From contig NW_024705403.1 of NCBI RefSeq assembly GCF_018977255.1, positions 1 to 47,909 of the forward strand: DNA of 47,909 bases, given 5' to 3'. The stretch is from Callorhinchus milii. Taxonomy: Eukaryota. Numbering within the stretch: position 1 is the stretch's first letter; each line of letters begins with the position of its first letter. The position numbers and the translations under genes are program-made. The notes under the pieces are model-generated. The model made no database searches. It was not told where the DNA came from and saw only the letters and a program-made list of their open reading frames with translations. Below are positions 34,734 to 45,889 of this stretch, one piece after another.

Positions 34734-34937
34734 GTTTTATATTATTTTAATATAACTTGTATATTTTATAATTATGCACCTCTTTCCCCCTGAATTCTGA
34801 CTCTGTTCCGTTCTCACTCTGCTGAGCTTTCTGCTCTCTTATAGTTATAGAAAACAGACACAACAATTGCATTTATATAGTGCCTTTCACATCGGAAGGA
34901 CATATCAAGGCACTGCCCCTGACATCTATTGTAACTA

Positions 34938-35046
34938 CAGTAAAACTAGCATAAGTCTGCTCTGGATAAATCGTATAATCGCCAAAGTCGTACATTTGCC
35001 TGAGTCCCATTTAGAGTTTATATTCTAAGGAAGTTTGACATAACTC
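34938..35046 (+). mobile_element. Terminal fragment of a putative Tc1/mariner-like element (second copy)
   Basis: TA|CAGTAAAACTAGCATAAGTC...; reverse-complement match to 160-268. Confidence 0.55.
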
Positions 35047-35107
35047 CTACTTTTCACAAGTCATATTAAATGTATGATCCCAACTGATCTGACTTGTGGG
35101 AGGTTTA

Positions 35108-35405
35108 ACAATAACAATAATAATAATCCTTGCATTTGATACAGCACTTTTCAGGTCTTCTCGACGTCTCAAAACGCTTCACAGAATCTACTGTAAAGTG
35201 AATTGACTATATATGTGGGTGAAGCGCGGCAACCAACAGCAGCGTCCCACAGCGTGGATTGAGTGACCAAATTATTATTGTTTTTTTAGTGAGGGATTAT
35301 TATCCCCGGAAATGTGATCTGCCAATCGACTAACAACTGGATTCCTGCTTACTGCCAGATAAACAGAGGCGTGTGGAGTAAGGAAACTTGCCCAACATTT
35401 CCCCA
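35108..35405 (-). mobile_element. SINE, long subfamily, head truncated
   Basis: Reverse-complement tail, core and middle segment. Confidence 0.85.
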
Positions 35406-35629
35406 TTTTGTTTACTGTATAAACAATGGACAGCGGGTTCAGGGTCTGCTTCTATAATTGGCCGCAACCATATATCTTTCCATTCAGAACATTGTTTGGC
35501 AAAGTGCCTGATGTTTTTTGAGCTAAGACCACCCAACCTGTCAGGCCTTTGGCTTTCAAGGATTACCAGGAGCCAAGTGGGAAGAATTTCCCAACTGATT
35601 TTTTTAACCCAAGGTTTCTGACTTGGCTG

Positions 35630-35870
35630 GCTCCGGCCTCCAGCTTGTCCCTCATTCCCTCCATCGGCCGCCACACTCTGAAACTTTGGAACTCTCCCCC
35701 AATCCCTCCGCCCTGCCCCCTCCTTCCCCGCTTTTAGATCACGATTGAAGACCTTCCTGCTCGACTGTGCTTCCATTCACCGCCTCCCTCCCCGCGCTCG
35801 GCGTCGAGCTCTTCCCCTGTTAAGCGCACTGAGACGCTACCTCACGCGAAGGGCTCTGTAAATGCAAGAA
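35630..35870 (+). mobile_element. L2 3' end
   Basis: ctttggaactctccccc...gaagaccttcctgctcgactgtgc...ctgttaagcgcactgagacg...aaatgcaag. Confidence 0.7.
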
Positions 35871-37399
35871 ATAGAAACATATAAGATTGAGATAATAACA
35901 GATAATTCAGGGATACAGATGGAATTTAATTTTTATTCAGAATTCCGAAGGAAGATGCAAAGTCCATAATAAGAACAATAATCATTGCATTTGATATGGC
36001 GCCTTATCACATCTTGACTGTGTATTTTGTGGGTGAAACACGGCAGCCCATTGCACACAGCGGTGTCCCTGCCACAAACAGTCGGAGATTGAGTGACCAG
36101 ATTATTGGTTTCAGGGGAGGTCAGAGTATTATCTGAATGGAATCATTCACATCCTAACAGCACAAACTAACAGGAAAACAAGACTGATCCTATTTATCAA
36201 AGGGGGAGAGGATCTGCTCAGCTGCATGAAGTTCGCTTAACCCCAAAAAAGTTTGAAAAATTCGTTTTTAGCAACTTATAAAATCGATGAAACCTTGAGT
36301 ATAATATAAAAGGCAGTCAGGATTCTTTGAACAATATGGAGGAAAGTTTGAAGTTGTAACATGTAACCAAAAGAACATCGTTAAAAGCGACAAAATGTGA
36401 TGTGAACGATGACAATGGTCCAAAGATTCAGTATTGTTCACGACTCTGAAGGGCTCGTGACAGTAACTAATAACTGAGTTACATTTGTTGGCACTGCTGT
36501 CCCTCAGATCCAACATTAAACCAGGTGTTTCCAATGAGCAATGTGACAAGTTCTTCAGGCCCGAAAGCTGTTTCAGTGCTGTAACGTACGATTCCCAATA
36601 AACTGCCGTTTGCTCAGCGACGTACTGAACGTGTAGCCGCGGGTCTTCTTACCTCTACACTGTACAAAGGTTTACAATCCCAACTCTACGCTGCATTTCC
36701 AGGACAATAGCTTTTTATTAATACTTTATTGTAGTGGCGATCTGACAGATCTGCATTATTCAGTGCGCTGGTTGCGGTGCTCTCTACTGGAAGTTTTCAG
36801 GCCTCTGGTACACAGCATCAATTGCTAGGGTTCAATGTTAGCGTACATGAAATGTTAGCCATATAGCAAATACTCTGGATTTACTCATGTAGGAATTCTT
36901 CCCAAAGTCTCCCTACAACAAATGCTGTCTACCACACAGAGGGCAAGTGATATGCCAAGCATCTGTCAGCAGTGTTAGCTTTGCCTTCGAGGCAAACCTG
37001 ATCATTCAGTTACTTTATCTAATGAAAGGCTGAACTACAGACACAGTATGAGGCCATTTGGGCTATTTTTCTGTCAGCTTTTGCTTCTCTAAGAAACCAT
37101 CCGCCCTAATGGCACTTCTCTGCCCTTTCCCCACATCTTCTGATATCTTCCTCTTTGATAAACGGATGCAGATAAATAAAAATAATTCTTGCATTCAGAT
37201 ATAACACCTTATCACGTCTTCGAGACATCTCAAAGTGCTTCACAGAATATACTGTAGTGACTGTATTTTGTGAGCAAAATGCTTAAACCAAGCAATTTGA
37301 GTGAAGCAAAGTGATAAGGCGCTGAATCAAAATACAAGGATTATTTTTTATTTAAATATGGCCTGTGCTGAGTTATATTATCGAAGATGCATCAATAAA

Positions 37400-37578
37400 A
37401 AAAATCACTCAATCTACGACTGATTGTGGGACACTGCTGTGCGCAATTAGCTGCCGTGTTTCGCCTGCAAAATACACAGTAACTACACTTTACAATATAT
37501 TTTGTGGAGCGGTTTGAGATATCTGAATTTCTTTATAAGGCGCTATATCAAATGCAAGGATTATTATTATTTATTATT
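37400..37578 (+). mobile_element. SINE 3' half
   Basis: Core gctgtgcgcaattagctgccgtg and tail. Confidence 0.82.
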
Positions 37579-38079
37579 ACCAAATAGCTGACGAGGGAAT
37601 GGCATGTGTGTGTGTATACAGGTTCAGGTTGTGAAAAGCCTTTGGCTGTCAGGAGTTCAGTGTAACATCAGGTTGTCTTAATTTCCCCTTTGCTTTGTTT
37701 CCTTGGAACAGTAAGCATCGCGTGGCCACTGACGTGCTCACTGTTCCCAAGCAATACTGTGACTGACCACAACTGGATACTGATTAAATATTTGACTGCC
37801 CAAATTCCCTGAAGTTGGGTGTGAAGTGCCTGCCATGGCCTTCTGTTCTCCTGTGAATTGAGCCTTGTTTCCAGTCTGTCCTCTACTTTTGCTCCAATTT
37901 ATATGCTAAACTCCTTTTGCTAAAATGCCTCTTCAGACTTCCTGCGTTCCCCTTTTGCATTGAATCTTTTACACAATTTAATAATCCTTGCACATAGTGT
38001 CTTTAACATCAGAAGTGCCAATGTATCCTATTTTGGCAAAAACACAGCCATGAAGTGAATGATTGATTTTACATAATCA

Positions 38080-38460
38080 CTAGCTGTACCCGTTGCGGCT
38101 TCGCTTGCAACCAGTTTAACTTTAATCGGCCTTCCCTCTGGCATTTTTATTTGTCCTTGAAATCTTGATCTTCAATTCTCAGGCAACTTTAACCCTTAAG
38201 ATTAAGAAAATGTTAGCATCCCTTGTTCACATATGTGTGCACATATCCTTTTGGGAGGACTCCTTGTTGGGAGAACTCCTTGTTGGGAAGACGCCTTGTT
38301 GGAGTCCATACATGTGTGATTAGCTTGTTTAAGTCACAATAGGAGATGGCTGAAAAAAATATGCCAATGACACTCCTCCATACAAGACCTTACTACTGAG
38401 CTATAAATCATGTCTCTATGTTAATCGGTTAGACAGAAATTTTGTCTTTATTAGTATAGG
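38080..38460 (-). mobile_element. Non-autonomous Helitron (~380 bp)
   Basis: Minus strand reads A|CCTATACTAATAAAG ... TTGCAAGCGAAGCCGCAA (hairpin) CGGGTACAG CTAG|T; A|T target with no TSD; internal 16-nt tandem repeat at ~38247-38305. Confidence 0.75.
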
Positions 38461-38700
38461 TGTATCTCTCTGGAAGCATGTGTGGGGCTTGAACCCAAAA
38501 CATTTATAAAATCTCACAAGAGAGGTTTGTGGAAGATGGCTTCAGCCTATTTGATTTCATTCCTCTAGAACATCCACCTTTCTGTCCTCCATTACAATAT
38601 CAAGGTGCTTTTTAAATGTGTTCGGTATCCTTGCCTCAAACATCCTTCTTGGCAACCTATTCCAGTTATTAACACCATCAACTTGCATTTATATAGTGAA

Positions 38701-38935
38701 AACAAGAACAGAAGTGGCCGGGAACACTCAGCAGATCAGGCAGCATCTATGGCAAAAGGAAACTGAGTCAATGTTTTGGGTCCATGATTCTTTGTCAGAA
38801 CTGGCAAAGGGTCTTTGACCCAAAATGTTGTCTCACTTTCCTTTTCTCCATAGATGCTGCCTGATCTGCTGAGTGCTCCCGGCCACTTCTGTTCTTGTTG
38901 TCAGATTTCCAGCATCTGCAGTATTTTGTGTTTTG
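38701..38935. mobile_element. Palindromic short element with head-to-head degenerate hammerhead-like motifs (Penelope-derived?)
   Basis: 38701-38752 pairs with 38848-38899 at 51/52; the centre holds ctggcaaagggtc-ttt-gacccaaaat (+) and ctgacaaagaatcatggacccaaaac (-). Confidence 0.65.
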
Positions 38936-39205
38936 AATTTATACAGTGCCCCTCAATGCAAGGTAGCATCCCGGAGCTCAACGCTGAGCTGGGGCGAGGA
39001 AACCATAGGTACTGTGGAAGTGGAGGGTCTTCAGGAGCGGGCAAGGCAGAGGGATAGAGGAAGAGTGTTTCGGGGTATAGTGGCAGAAAGTGTGGCCACT
39101 GATGGTGGAACGGAGGACACGAGAGACATGCATGAGGCCACAGCCGGTCAAGAGGAGGCAGCGAGTAGTGGGTTGGGGAGTAAGCCGGCTGGAGAGGTAG
39201 GGAGA
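38925..39205 (-). mobile_element. L2 3' end
   Basis: Reverse-complement tail (aatttatacagtgcc) and body (ggagggtcttcagg, gtggcagaaag). Confidence 0.6.
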
Positions 39206-39220
39206 TGCCAGGGCTGCTTT

Positions 39221-39545
39221 ATAATAACAATAATAATAATAATCCTTGCATTTGATATAGCGCTTTTCACGTCGGGAGGACGTCCCAAAGCGCTTCACAG
39301 AACACACTATAAAGTGAATTGACTGTATATTTGTGGGCGAACGCGGCAGCCAATTGCGCACAGCAATGTCCCACAAACAGTCGTGGAGTGAAAATGACCA
39401 ATTTATTATTGTTTTTAGTTTTGGAGGATTATTATCAGGAGTGTGGAGCAAGGAAACTTGCCCGAGGTTTGGCCCTGACCTGCCGGGGATTGACTCAGGT
39501 TTCTCGCTCGCAAAGCGAGTGCTCTAACCACTGAGCTACAGGACT
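39221..39545 (-). mobile_element. tRNA-derived SINE, young short subfamily, full length
   Basis: Near-identical to 1403-1725. Confidence 0.93.
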
Positions 39546-39699
39546 TGGTGTCTGTCCTCAAATTGCCCTTTGCAGCTCTGCCCCTGTGTCCTCTTGTTCT
39601 GTTGTCTCCAAGTCAAGCTCTCACAGGGCAGGGCATCAAATGTAAATCACCACACCCCTGAATAATCCCTTTGGGTTTACACATTGTACTCACTGTCTT

Positions 39700-39940
39700 C
39701 GAGGTGATGCTGATTGACCTGATGGAGACTTGTGTTTGGGTAAATAGTCCTGGATTACATTCACTGTTCGGTGAGTCATGAACTAGACAGTGACCGGAGG
39801 GGATCGATTTGGTGAATGAGCAAATGGGGAAGTTAGGAGAATGTTTTCATGCACAGAGTAGTTAGGATATGAAAATCCCTATCAGAATGGTGTTTGAGGC
39901 AGAATCCATAATAATAGCTTTCGAAAGGGAATTGGATGCC
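39700..39940 (+). mobile_element. Old CR1 3' fragment
   Basis: gaagttaggagaatgttttcatgcacagagtagttagga...gctttcgaaagggaattggat. Confidence 0.6.
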
Positions 39941-40457
39941 CTGTTGGGATCACTGCTGATGTGGAGCGAATCTGAAGTTTTAAAATCCATCGGAACTTAG
40001 ACTGTGAGCTCAAATCCTGATGTAGGGCTTGAACCCCACTGATCGAGGGGTGAGCACGGTTTCAGCTGAGCCAGGCAACATTCACCAACGCAGGGGACAG
40101 AAAAATACAATAAGTGTTTGAAGTCCCAAAGGCAGGAATATTTGGTCATTGGTGGAATGCTCGGGGAACTTAGGAGAATAAGCCTTTGAAATCCCAACGG
40201 CGTATTAATTGAGCTCCTGCGCACAGTTGAGCAATGTCATCAGCTTTCACTTTGTAACGAAACACTTGCCAAAATGAACGGAATAAGAACAAAGCAAGTG
40301 AAAACGATTTAAAAAAGAATTTCCTCATAATTCTTTGCCAACCTTGTTCCAGGGTATCTGGATGGCAGGAGCCCATCTGTTGCAAACAGTGACCTCTTGT
40401 TCTGTGAACTGCACAGTCCCAATTTTCCTCAAATTTCTCTCTTCCCACTTACTGCTT

Positions 40458-41735
40458 CCAACAACAACAACAACTTGCACCCAAATATCACCCTCCATGC
40501 AGGGTAAAGTCTCAGAGGGCTTAACAGTGGCGGAGCCTGACTCCGAGCCGGGGGGAGGGGGGAGGTGGCTGTAAACACAGGATTTGATAGAGGGGAGAGA
40601 GGGAGTGAGGTGGAGGCATTGGCGGAGAGCCTTCCAGAGTTTTGGGACCTAGTGGCTGAAAGTACGACATCCAATGGTGGAGGGTGTGAGGGTCGAGCAG
40701 GAGCCGGTGCCAGTCGAGCGGAGGCGCTGACCGGGTGGTGGATTGGGGAGTGAGGAGGCCGGGGAGGGAGGGAGGGAGGAGGAGGAGGCCGGGGAGGGAG
40801 AGAGGGAAGGAGGAGACCGGGGAGGGAGGGAAGGAGGAGGCCGGGGAGGGAGGAGGCCGGGGAGAGAGGGAGGGAGGGAGGGGCCGGGGAGGGAGGGGAT
40901 GTTGTGTTGAGGTGTTGGTGATGGGGAGCCAGTGGAGTCGGGGCCAGAGGGGGAGATGTGGGTGTGCAGTTTGGTTGGGGTCAGTATGTGGGCGGCAGAG
41001 TCTGAACGAACTGATCCTGTGAATGATGGAGCTGTGGAGACAGCGAGGAGGGGGTTGGAGGAATCCAAGTGGGAGGTGACAAACGCAGCCACGAGGATTT
41101 CAGCTGCATTCGGGGTGAGGTACAGTCGGAGAAGGGCAATGTGGCGGAGGTGGAGGAAGGCGGTTCCTGGTCAGGGACCGGATGTGGGGGAGGAAGGACC
41201 GCTGGGGGTCGAACCAGACGTCCAGGTTGCGCACTGGTTCGGTGAGTCTGAGGGGGAGCCCAGGGAGGTTGAGGAGTTTAGATCCGCAGGAGCGAAGGCA
41301 ATGACGGGAGCGAGGAGTATGGCTTCCGTCTTGTCCACATTCAGCTGCAGGAAGTTTACCCTCATCCAGGCCCTGGACTCTGCCAGACAAGTGATAGAGC
41401 ATCGCGGGGACCTGGAGTTGGTGCTGGAGGCAAAGTAGATTTGTGTGTCATCCCCAAACGTGTGGGAATTTACCCCGTGTCTGCGGATGACATCACCCAG
41501 AGGGCGCATAGAGATGAGGTGGGGGGAGAAACCATTTGCTGAGATGAAATGGAAGCGGTTGGTTAAGTCGGACTCGAACCATGTGAGTGCGGTCCCACTA
41601 AGGCAGATGAGGGAGGAGAGGCAATGGAGGAGGATGGAGTGGTCGACTGTGTTGGAACGGGGCAGAGAGATCCAGGAGGATGAGGAAGCAGCGGGAGCCC
41701 TGGTCACAGAGAGAGGGGATGTCGTTTGTGACACA
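40458..41735 (-). mobile_element. L2 LINE fragment (RT through 3' tail)
   Basis: NTVDHSILLHCL...ALTWFESDLTNR, HGVNSHTFGDDTQIY, WMRVNFLQLNVDKTEAILL, VRNLDVWFDPQ, AFVTSHLDSSNPLL; (CAA)n tail at 40458. Confidence 0.92.
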
Positions 41736-41965
41736 TATTTATGATTCTTCCATATAAATATGAAATTTTTGAAAGCGTCATCTTATTCTCCTCCTCACCT
41801 ATCCTCTTCGGCTCCCACACCCAGCTCTGGTACCAAACCAGCAGTGTTAAACATGGGAACAGTAGTAGGCCATTCAGATCCTCAAGCCTGTTCTGCCATT
41901 CTATTAGATCATGGCTGATCTAGTGCTCAGCGAGTGCTTTGAGAAGTCCTCCTGACATGAAAGTC

Positions 41966-42297
41966 GTGGAGTCCTGTAGCTCAGTGGTTAGAGCACTCGC
42001 TTTGCGAGCGAGAGACCTGAGCTCAATCCCCGGGGGGTCAGGGCCAAACCTTGGGCAAGTTTCCTTACTCCACACAGAGCCTAATAATAATCCCTCCAAA
42101 ATAAAGCAATAATAAATTGGTCATTTTCAATCTACGACTGTCTGTGGGACATTGCTGTGCCTAATTGGCTGCCGCGTTCGCCCACAAATATACAGTCAAT
42201 TCACTTTACAGTGTGTTCTGTGAAGCGCTTTGGGACGTCCTCCCGACGGGAAAAGTGCTATATCAAATGCAACGATTATTACTATTATTATTATTAT
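41966..42297 (+). mobile_element. tRNA-derived SINE, young short subfamily, full length
   Basis: gtggagtcctgtagctcagtggttagagcactcgctttgcgagcgagagacctgagctcaatcccc (tRNA-Ala(TGC)-like head), core and L2-like tail. Confidence 0.94.
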
Positions 42298-42557
42298 AAA
42301 GACAGTAAATTGTATAGCAAGGCACTCTAGAAGTGTGAGTTGATGTTTTCGGTCAGTGCTTTACCACAATGTTTTAAAAATGTGCCCAGGAAGTCTCAAA
42401 AAGGTTAAGACATTTTGTAAAAGTGGGAAGGAAACAAAACTGAGTTTAAGATCCTATTTGGTCTCATCCTTCTGCAATCTGCACCCTGGTGTAGGGCTCT
42501 TTCTTAAATAAGTCCCAGTAACCCCCATTCCAGCCAATCATTCCCTTTCCATGTAAA

Positions 42558-43040
42558 GAACAACACAATACATTCCTTTTGTGTCAGGAAGACATCACAA
42601 GACGCTGGACAGTCAGGGATCAGGATGGGTGGAGGGTGGGGTTAGGAGAGTGACCAAAGGTGCGGTTGAAGAGGAAGGTCTTGAAACATGCCTTGAAGGA
42701 ATAAAGGGAGGAGGCGAAGTGACTGGGATGGAGTTCCAAAGGGTGGGGACACAGAGGTTGAAGGCCCGACTGCTGATGGTAGAGCGGGCTGGGTGGGGGA
42801 TGGGGGCCCGACTGCTGCTGGTAGAGCGGGCTGGGTGGGGGATGCCAGAGCTTGCCGAGCAGAGGGAGAGGACAGGTCGGTATGGAGATAGGGAGGAGCA
42901 AGGCCATTGAGGGCTTTGAAGGTGAGGACGAGGATTTTGAACTCTGCCCTCTGGAGGATGGGGAGCCAGTGGAGTCTGGCGAGAGTGGGGCTGATCAGGT
43001 CATGGAGCCTGGTGTGGGAGAGGACACGGACTGCAGAATA
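42558..43040 (-). mobile_element. L2 3' fragment with a 39-nt internal duplication
   Basis: SAVRVLSHTRLHDLISPTLARLHWLPILQRAEFKILVLTFKALNGLAPPYL; FKACFKTFLFN. Confidence 0.88.
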
Positions 43041-43414
43041 ATGTAGAGTAATGCTTGTGAATGCTTGGAGATTGTACTCCTTCACCAAGTCAGACACCAT
43101 GAGTTACTAATTACTAAGTACACTTCAGTGTAATCAGTGACACATAGAGAAAGGAGAACTGAAACAGCTGTGTCATTGAGTAACTCAGGTCATTTGACTT
43201 TACCATGTCTGATTTACTTGAAAACATTGACATTGAACACATTACTCAGATACCAAATGTAAGTCATCTGGGAGTGAGCAATATTGGTACTTGGCCATGA
43301 GATCCTCCACTCCCATGAGTTCTTCACCAGATTCCGGTGGGCACCTTCCTCAGTCTCCTGTGGCTCCCTAAAGCCCAGAGCATCCAGGATCCTCTGCTGT
43401 CCAGCACATGAAGA

Positions 43415-43790
43415 AATATGTAGAAACCCACCACCGTATTCAAGAGTATCCAAACCAACATGAGAATTCCATGCCTCCCACCTACACATAAGCCATTTCA
43501 GAGATGTTTATTGGAATAGAATGCATACTCTCTCTCTCTCTCTCTCCCCCTGGAGGGATGTATCCTGCTGACCCAATTCCATAAAATGTTAGGTACAGAT
43601 TGGCCAGAACCAAGGCTTGCGGAGCCCAGAGTGTGCGTTGGGGTAACTGCTGGTGTCAAACCAGCTAAAATCTCATAGCTTGCCATTGAGAGAACTGTCT
43701 GGTAAGCTTTCCCGCTGTTTATCCAGCTAGGACCAACGCTATCTGTGTGGGCTTTGGCTTGTAGGCTGAGTGGAAAGACTCTCTACCCCA
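43415..43790 (-). repeat. Unclassified dispersed repeat, copy 3
   Basis: atgtagaaaccca...ccctggagggatgtatcctg...ccaaggcttg...ggggtaactgctgg...gcttgccattgag, collinear with 10409-10730. Confidence 0.8.
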
Positions 43791-44092
43791 TGTGATAAGG
43801 TGCTATATCAAATGCAACGATTATTATTATTTCTGAGGCATTTTTGCAAGCTGCTGTGCATCTCAGTGAAAGAACAAAATTGATCTGTGTGTTTGTTGAA
43901 CTTTTCAGACTTTTTCCAAAATGGTCCAGTTTAAGGGAATATTTAAGGGAAGTTCATTAAAATAGAAGCATTTAACTGAAAGTCACAATTTGAACACTGA
44001 AGACTTGCAACATCTGCTCAGCTATATTGGTAAACCACTGGCAATTGTGAACCTGAGTCACACAGTGTGAACTAGGCTGTTTCCTCAGCAGT

Positions 44093-44442
44093 AGTAGTAA
44101 TAATAATAATCCTTGCATTTGATATAGTGCCGCATAACGTCGTTGTGATAAAGAGCCTCAAAGCACATCACAGGATTAAAGCTTAGTGACTGTATTTTAT
44201 GGGCGAAACCCATAGACAGTTGTGCACAACAGTGTCACACAAACAGTAATGGATTGAGTGACTGACTTTTTTTGTGAGGGATTATTATCCCCGGAAAACA
44301 TTCCGCCAATCAAATAACAACCTACTTACTGCTCGGTAAATTGGAGTAAGGAAACTTGTCTAGGGTTTCGCCTAGGCCTGGGAATCGAACCTGGGACATC
44401 TCGCTTGTGAGGCGATTGCTCTTACCACTACAAAGTCCCACT
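44093..44442 (-). mobile_element. SINE, long subfamily
   Basis: Reverse-complement tail through head (ggaatcgaacctggg). Confidence 0.83.
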
Positions 44443-44829
44443 CCATGCAGCCCGTGCTGAGTTAGCTGATCTCAACCAGGGTATCAGGTGAGGCTACATA
44501 TAAGCGATTGGTGCTCCCTGGGTTAAAGGATGAGGGAGGAGGAAACTACATCATCAAAAGGAAAAGGTTCAGATGAAGAAGATCTTTGTCATTTGATTTC
44601 ATTCCTCTACAGCACCCATGCTACCACCATGCTATCATCGTATCAACCTGTTTCAAACCTGAAATAGCTTGACGTTCCTGAACATGTAATCATCCTGGTT
44701 GCTCTCCTCTATCAATGTGATCCACCACCTAAAGGAAGAGGGGGGGGTGGGAGTTCCTGTGATATCCCAATCCTGACTATATATTAGCAGTCTGAGACCT
44801 ACTCTTATTGTAACTCCTTTAGTAGAATT

Positions 44830-45400
44830 ATATAAATGATGGAATAGACCATTAGTCGGTGGTGCTGTTTATATTCCACATGACTCCCAACTCTCCTGCT
44901 CCCTCGTGTATCCATCAAATTTCCTTTCAAATACATTGATGTATTTTGTTTTAACCACAGCTTCTGGCACTGAGTCCCACAATCACACAAGTGGAAAAAG
45001 CTTATCAATGTCCACACCTATCAAATCCTTTCATAATTGTAAACACCTCTCAATTAATTCAGCCCCAGAGAAAAAAGCTCCAAATCTTCCTTGATGGCTG
45101 TTTACATCCATCCCTTGTAAATCCATGTTGTACTCTTGCCAATGCTCCAATATTGTTGCTGTAGTAGGTGACCAGAATGACAGCCATACAGTAACTCCAA
45201 ATGTGATCCAAGCAAACTTTATATACATCTAAATTACTTTTATATTGTATTCCTCTGGATATCAAGCCAAGGACTCATTTGGCATTATTTCAAGCTACAT
45301 GCAGCTCAGAGCTTTTACTGGTCAGAGTTATCTTTATTTTCTCTCCTCCTCTCAACATTGTTTGTACAGCGCTATTAGATTCTCTTCTCACTGCTTTGGA
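44830..45400 (-). mobile_element. Old CR1 3' fragment
   Basis: Reverse-complement CR1 motifs (ccagaatgacagccatacagtaactccaaatgtg, tgccaatgctccaatatt, tttcctttcaaatac). Confidence 0.7.
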
Positions 45401-45889
45401 ACCAACCCAACACATGTAATAACTCACAGGCTGTGGAGGCCACTGTATTAATTAACCTATAATTGAGAACGTATGGTGATGGGGAGGGGAAGGGAGAGGG
45501 GGGAATTAGCTGTTAAAAGCGTAAGTGAAAGGGATCACGTGTATTGCAGCTCTGAGCTGCTTTCAAAACCATGAGCTGAGAAGTGAAAGTCTCCAAATTG
45601 TTTCTCTTCCAAGTCTGTGATGCAGCTGTTGACGTGGAGAATGTTTGCAGGACAGTGACAGACGCTTAAATCCCCCCAACCCAAAGGTCTTTAGTCAAAC
45701 ATACACACAGGGCACCAATGGTTTGAGCTCTGCACGTTTCAAGTACGTCCTCTCACTCTCTCTCTGTCTCTCCCTCCCCCCCACCGACATCTGTGTAGAA
45801 TAACATAATGTCAATGTGGATTCAATCTCAGGCCGGGCAGCTCAGTTGAGCATCAGATTGGTACCAGAAGGTTCTGGGCTTCTGATCTA

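Larger units (their letters stand above)
30727..34790 (-). mobile_element. CR1 LINE relic spanning ORF1 to 3' UTR, internally deleted, with nested SINE and L2
   Basis: ORF1 CTIC...HVCRKC plus leucine heptads; esterase RMVCCLPGVRV...VMVHVG; EN TWLKQ/GQEWELNIPGYNVFRRDR; RT KSPGPDGLHPR, VPKDWRVANVTPLYKKG, VDVVYMDFPNAFDKVSH; CR1 tail at 30727-30800. Confidence 0.9.

Noticed and set aside
41966..42040. tRNA-Ala-like sequence
   Set aside because: It is the SINE head: there is no matching acceptor stem and it continues into the SINE body
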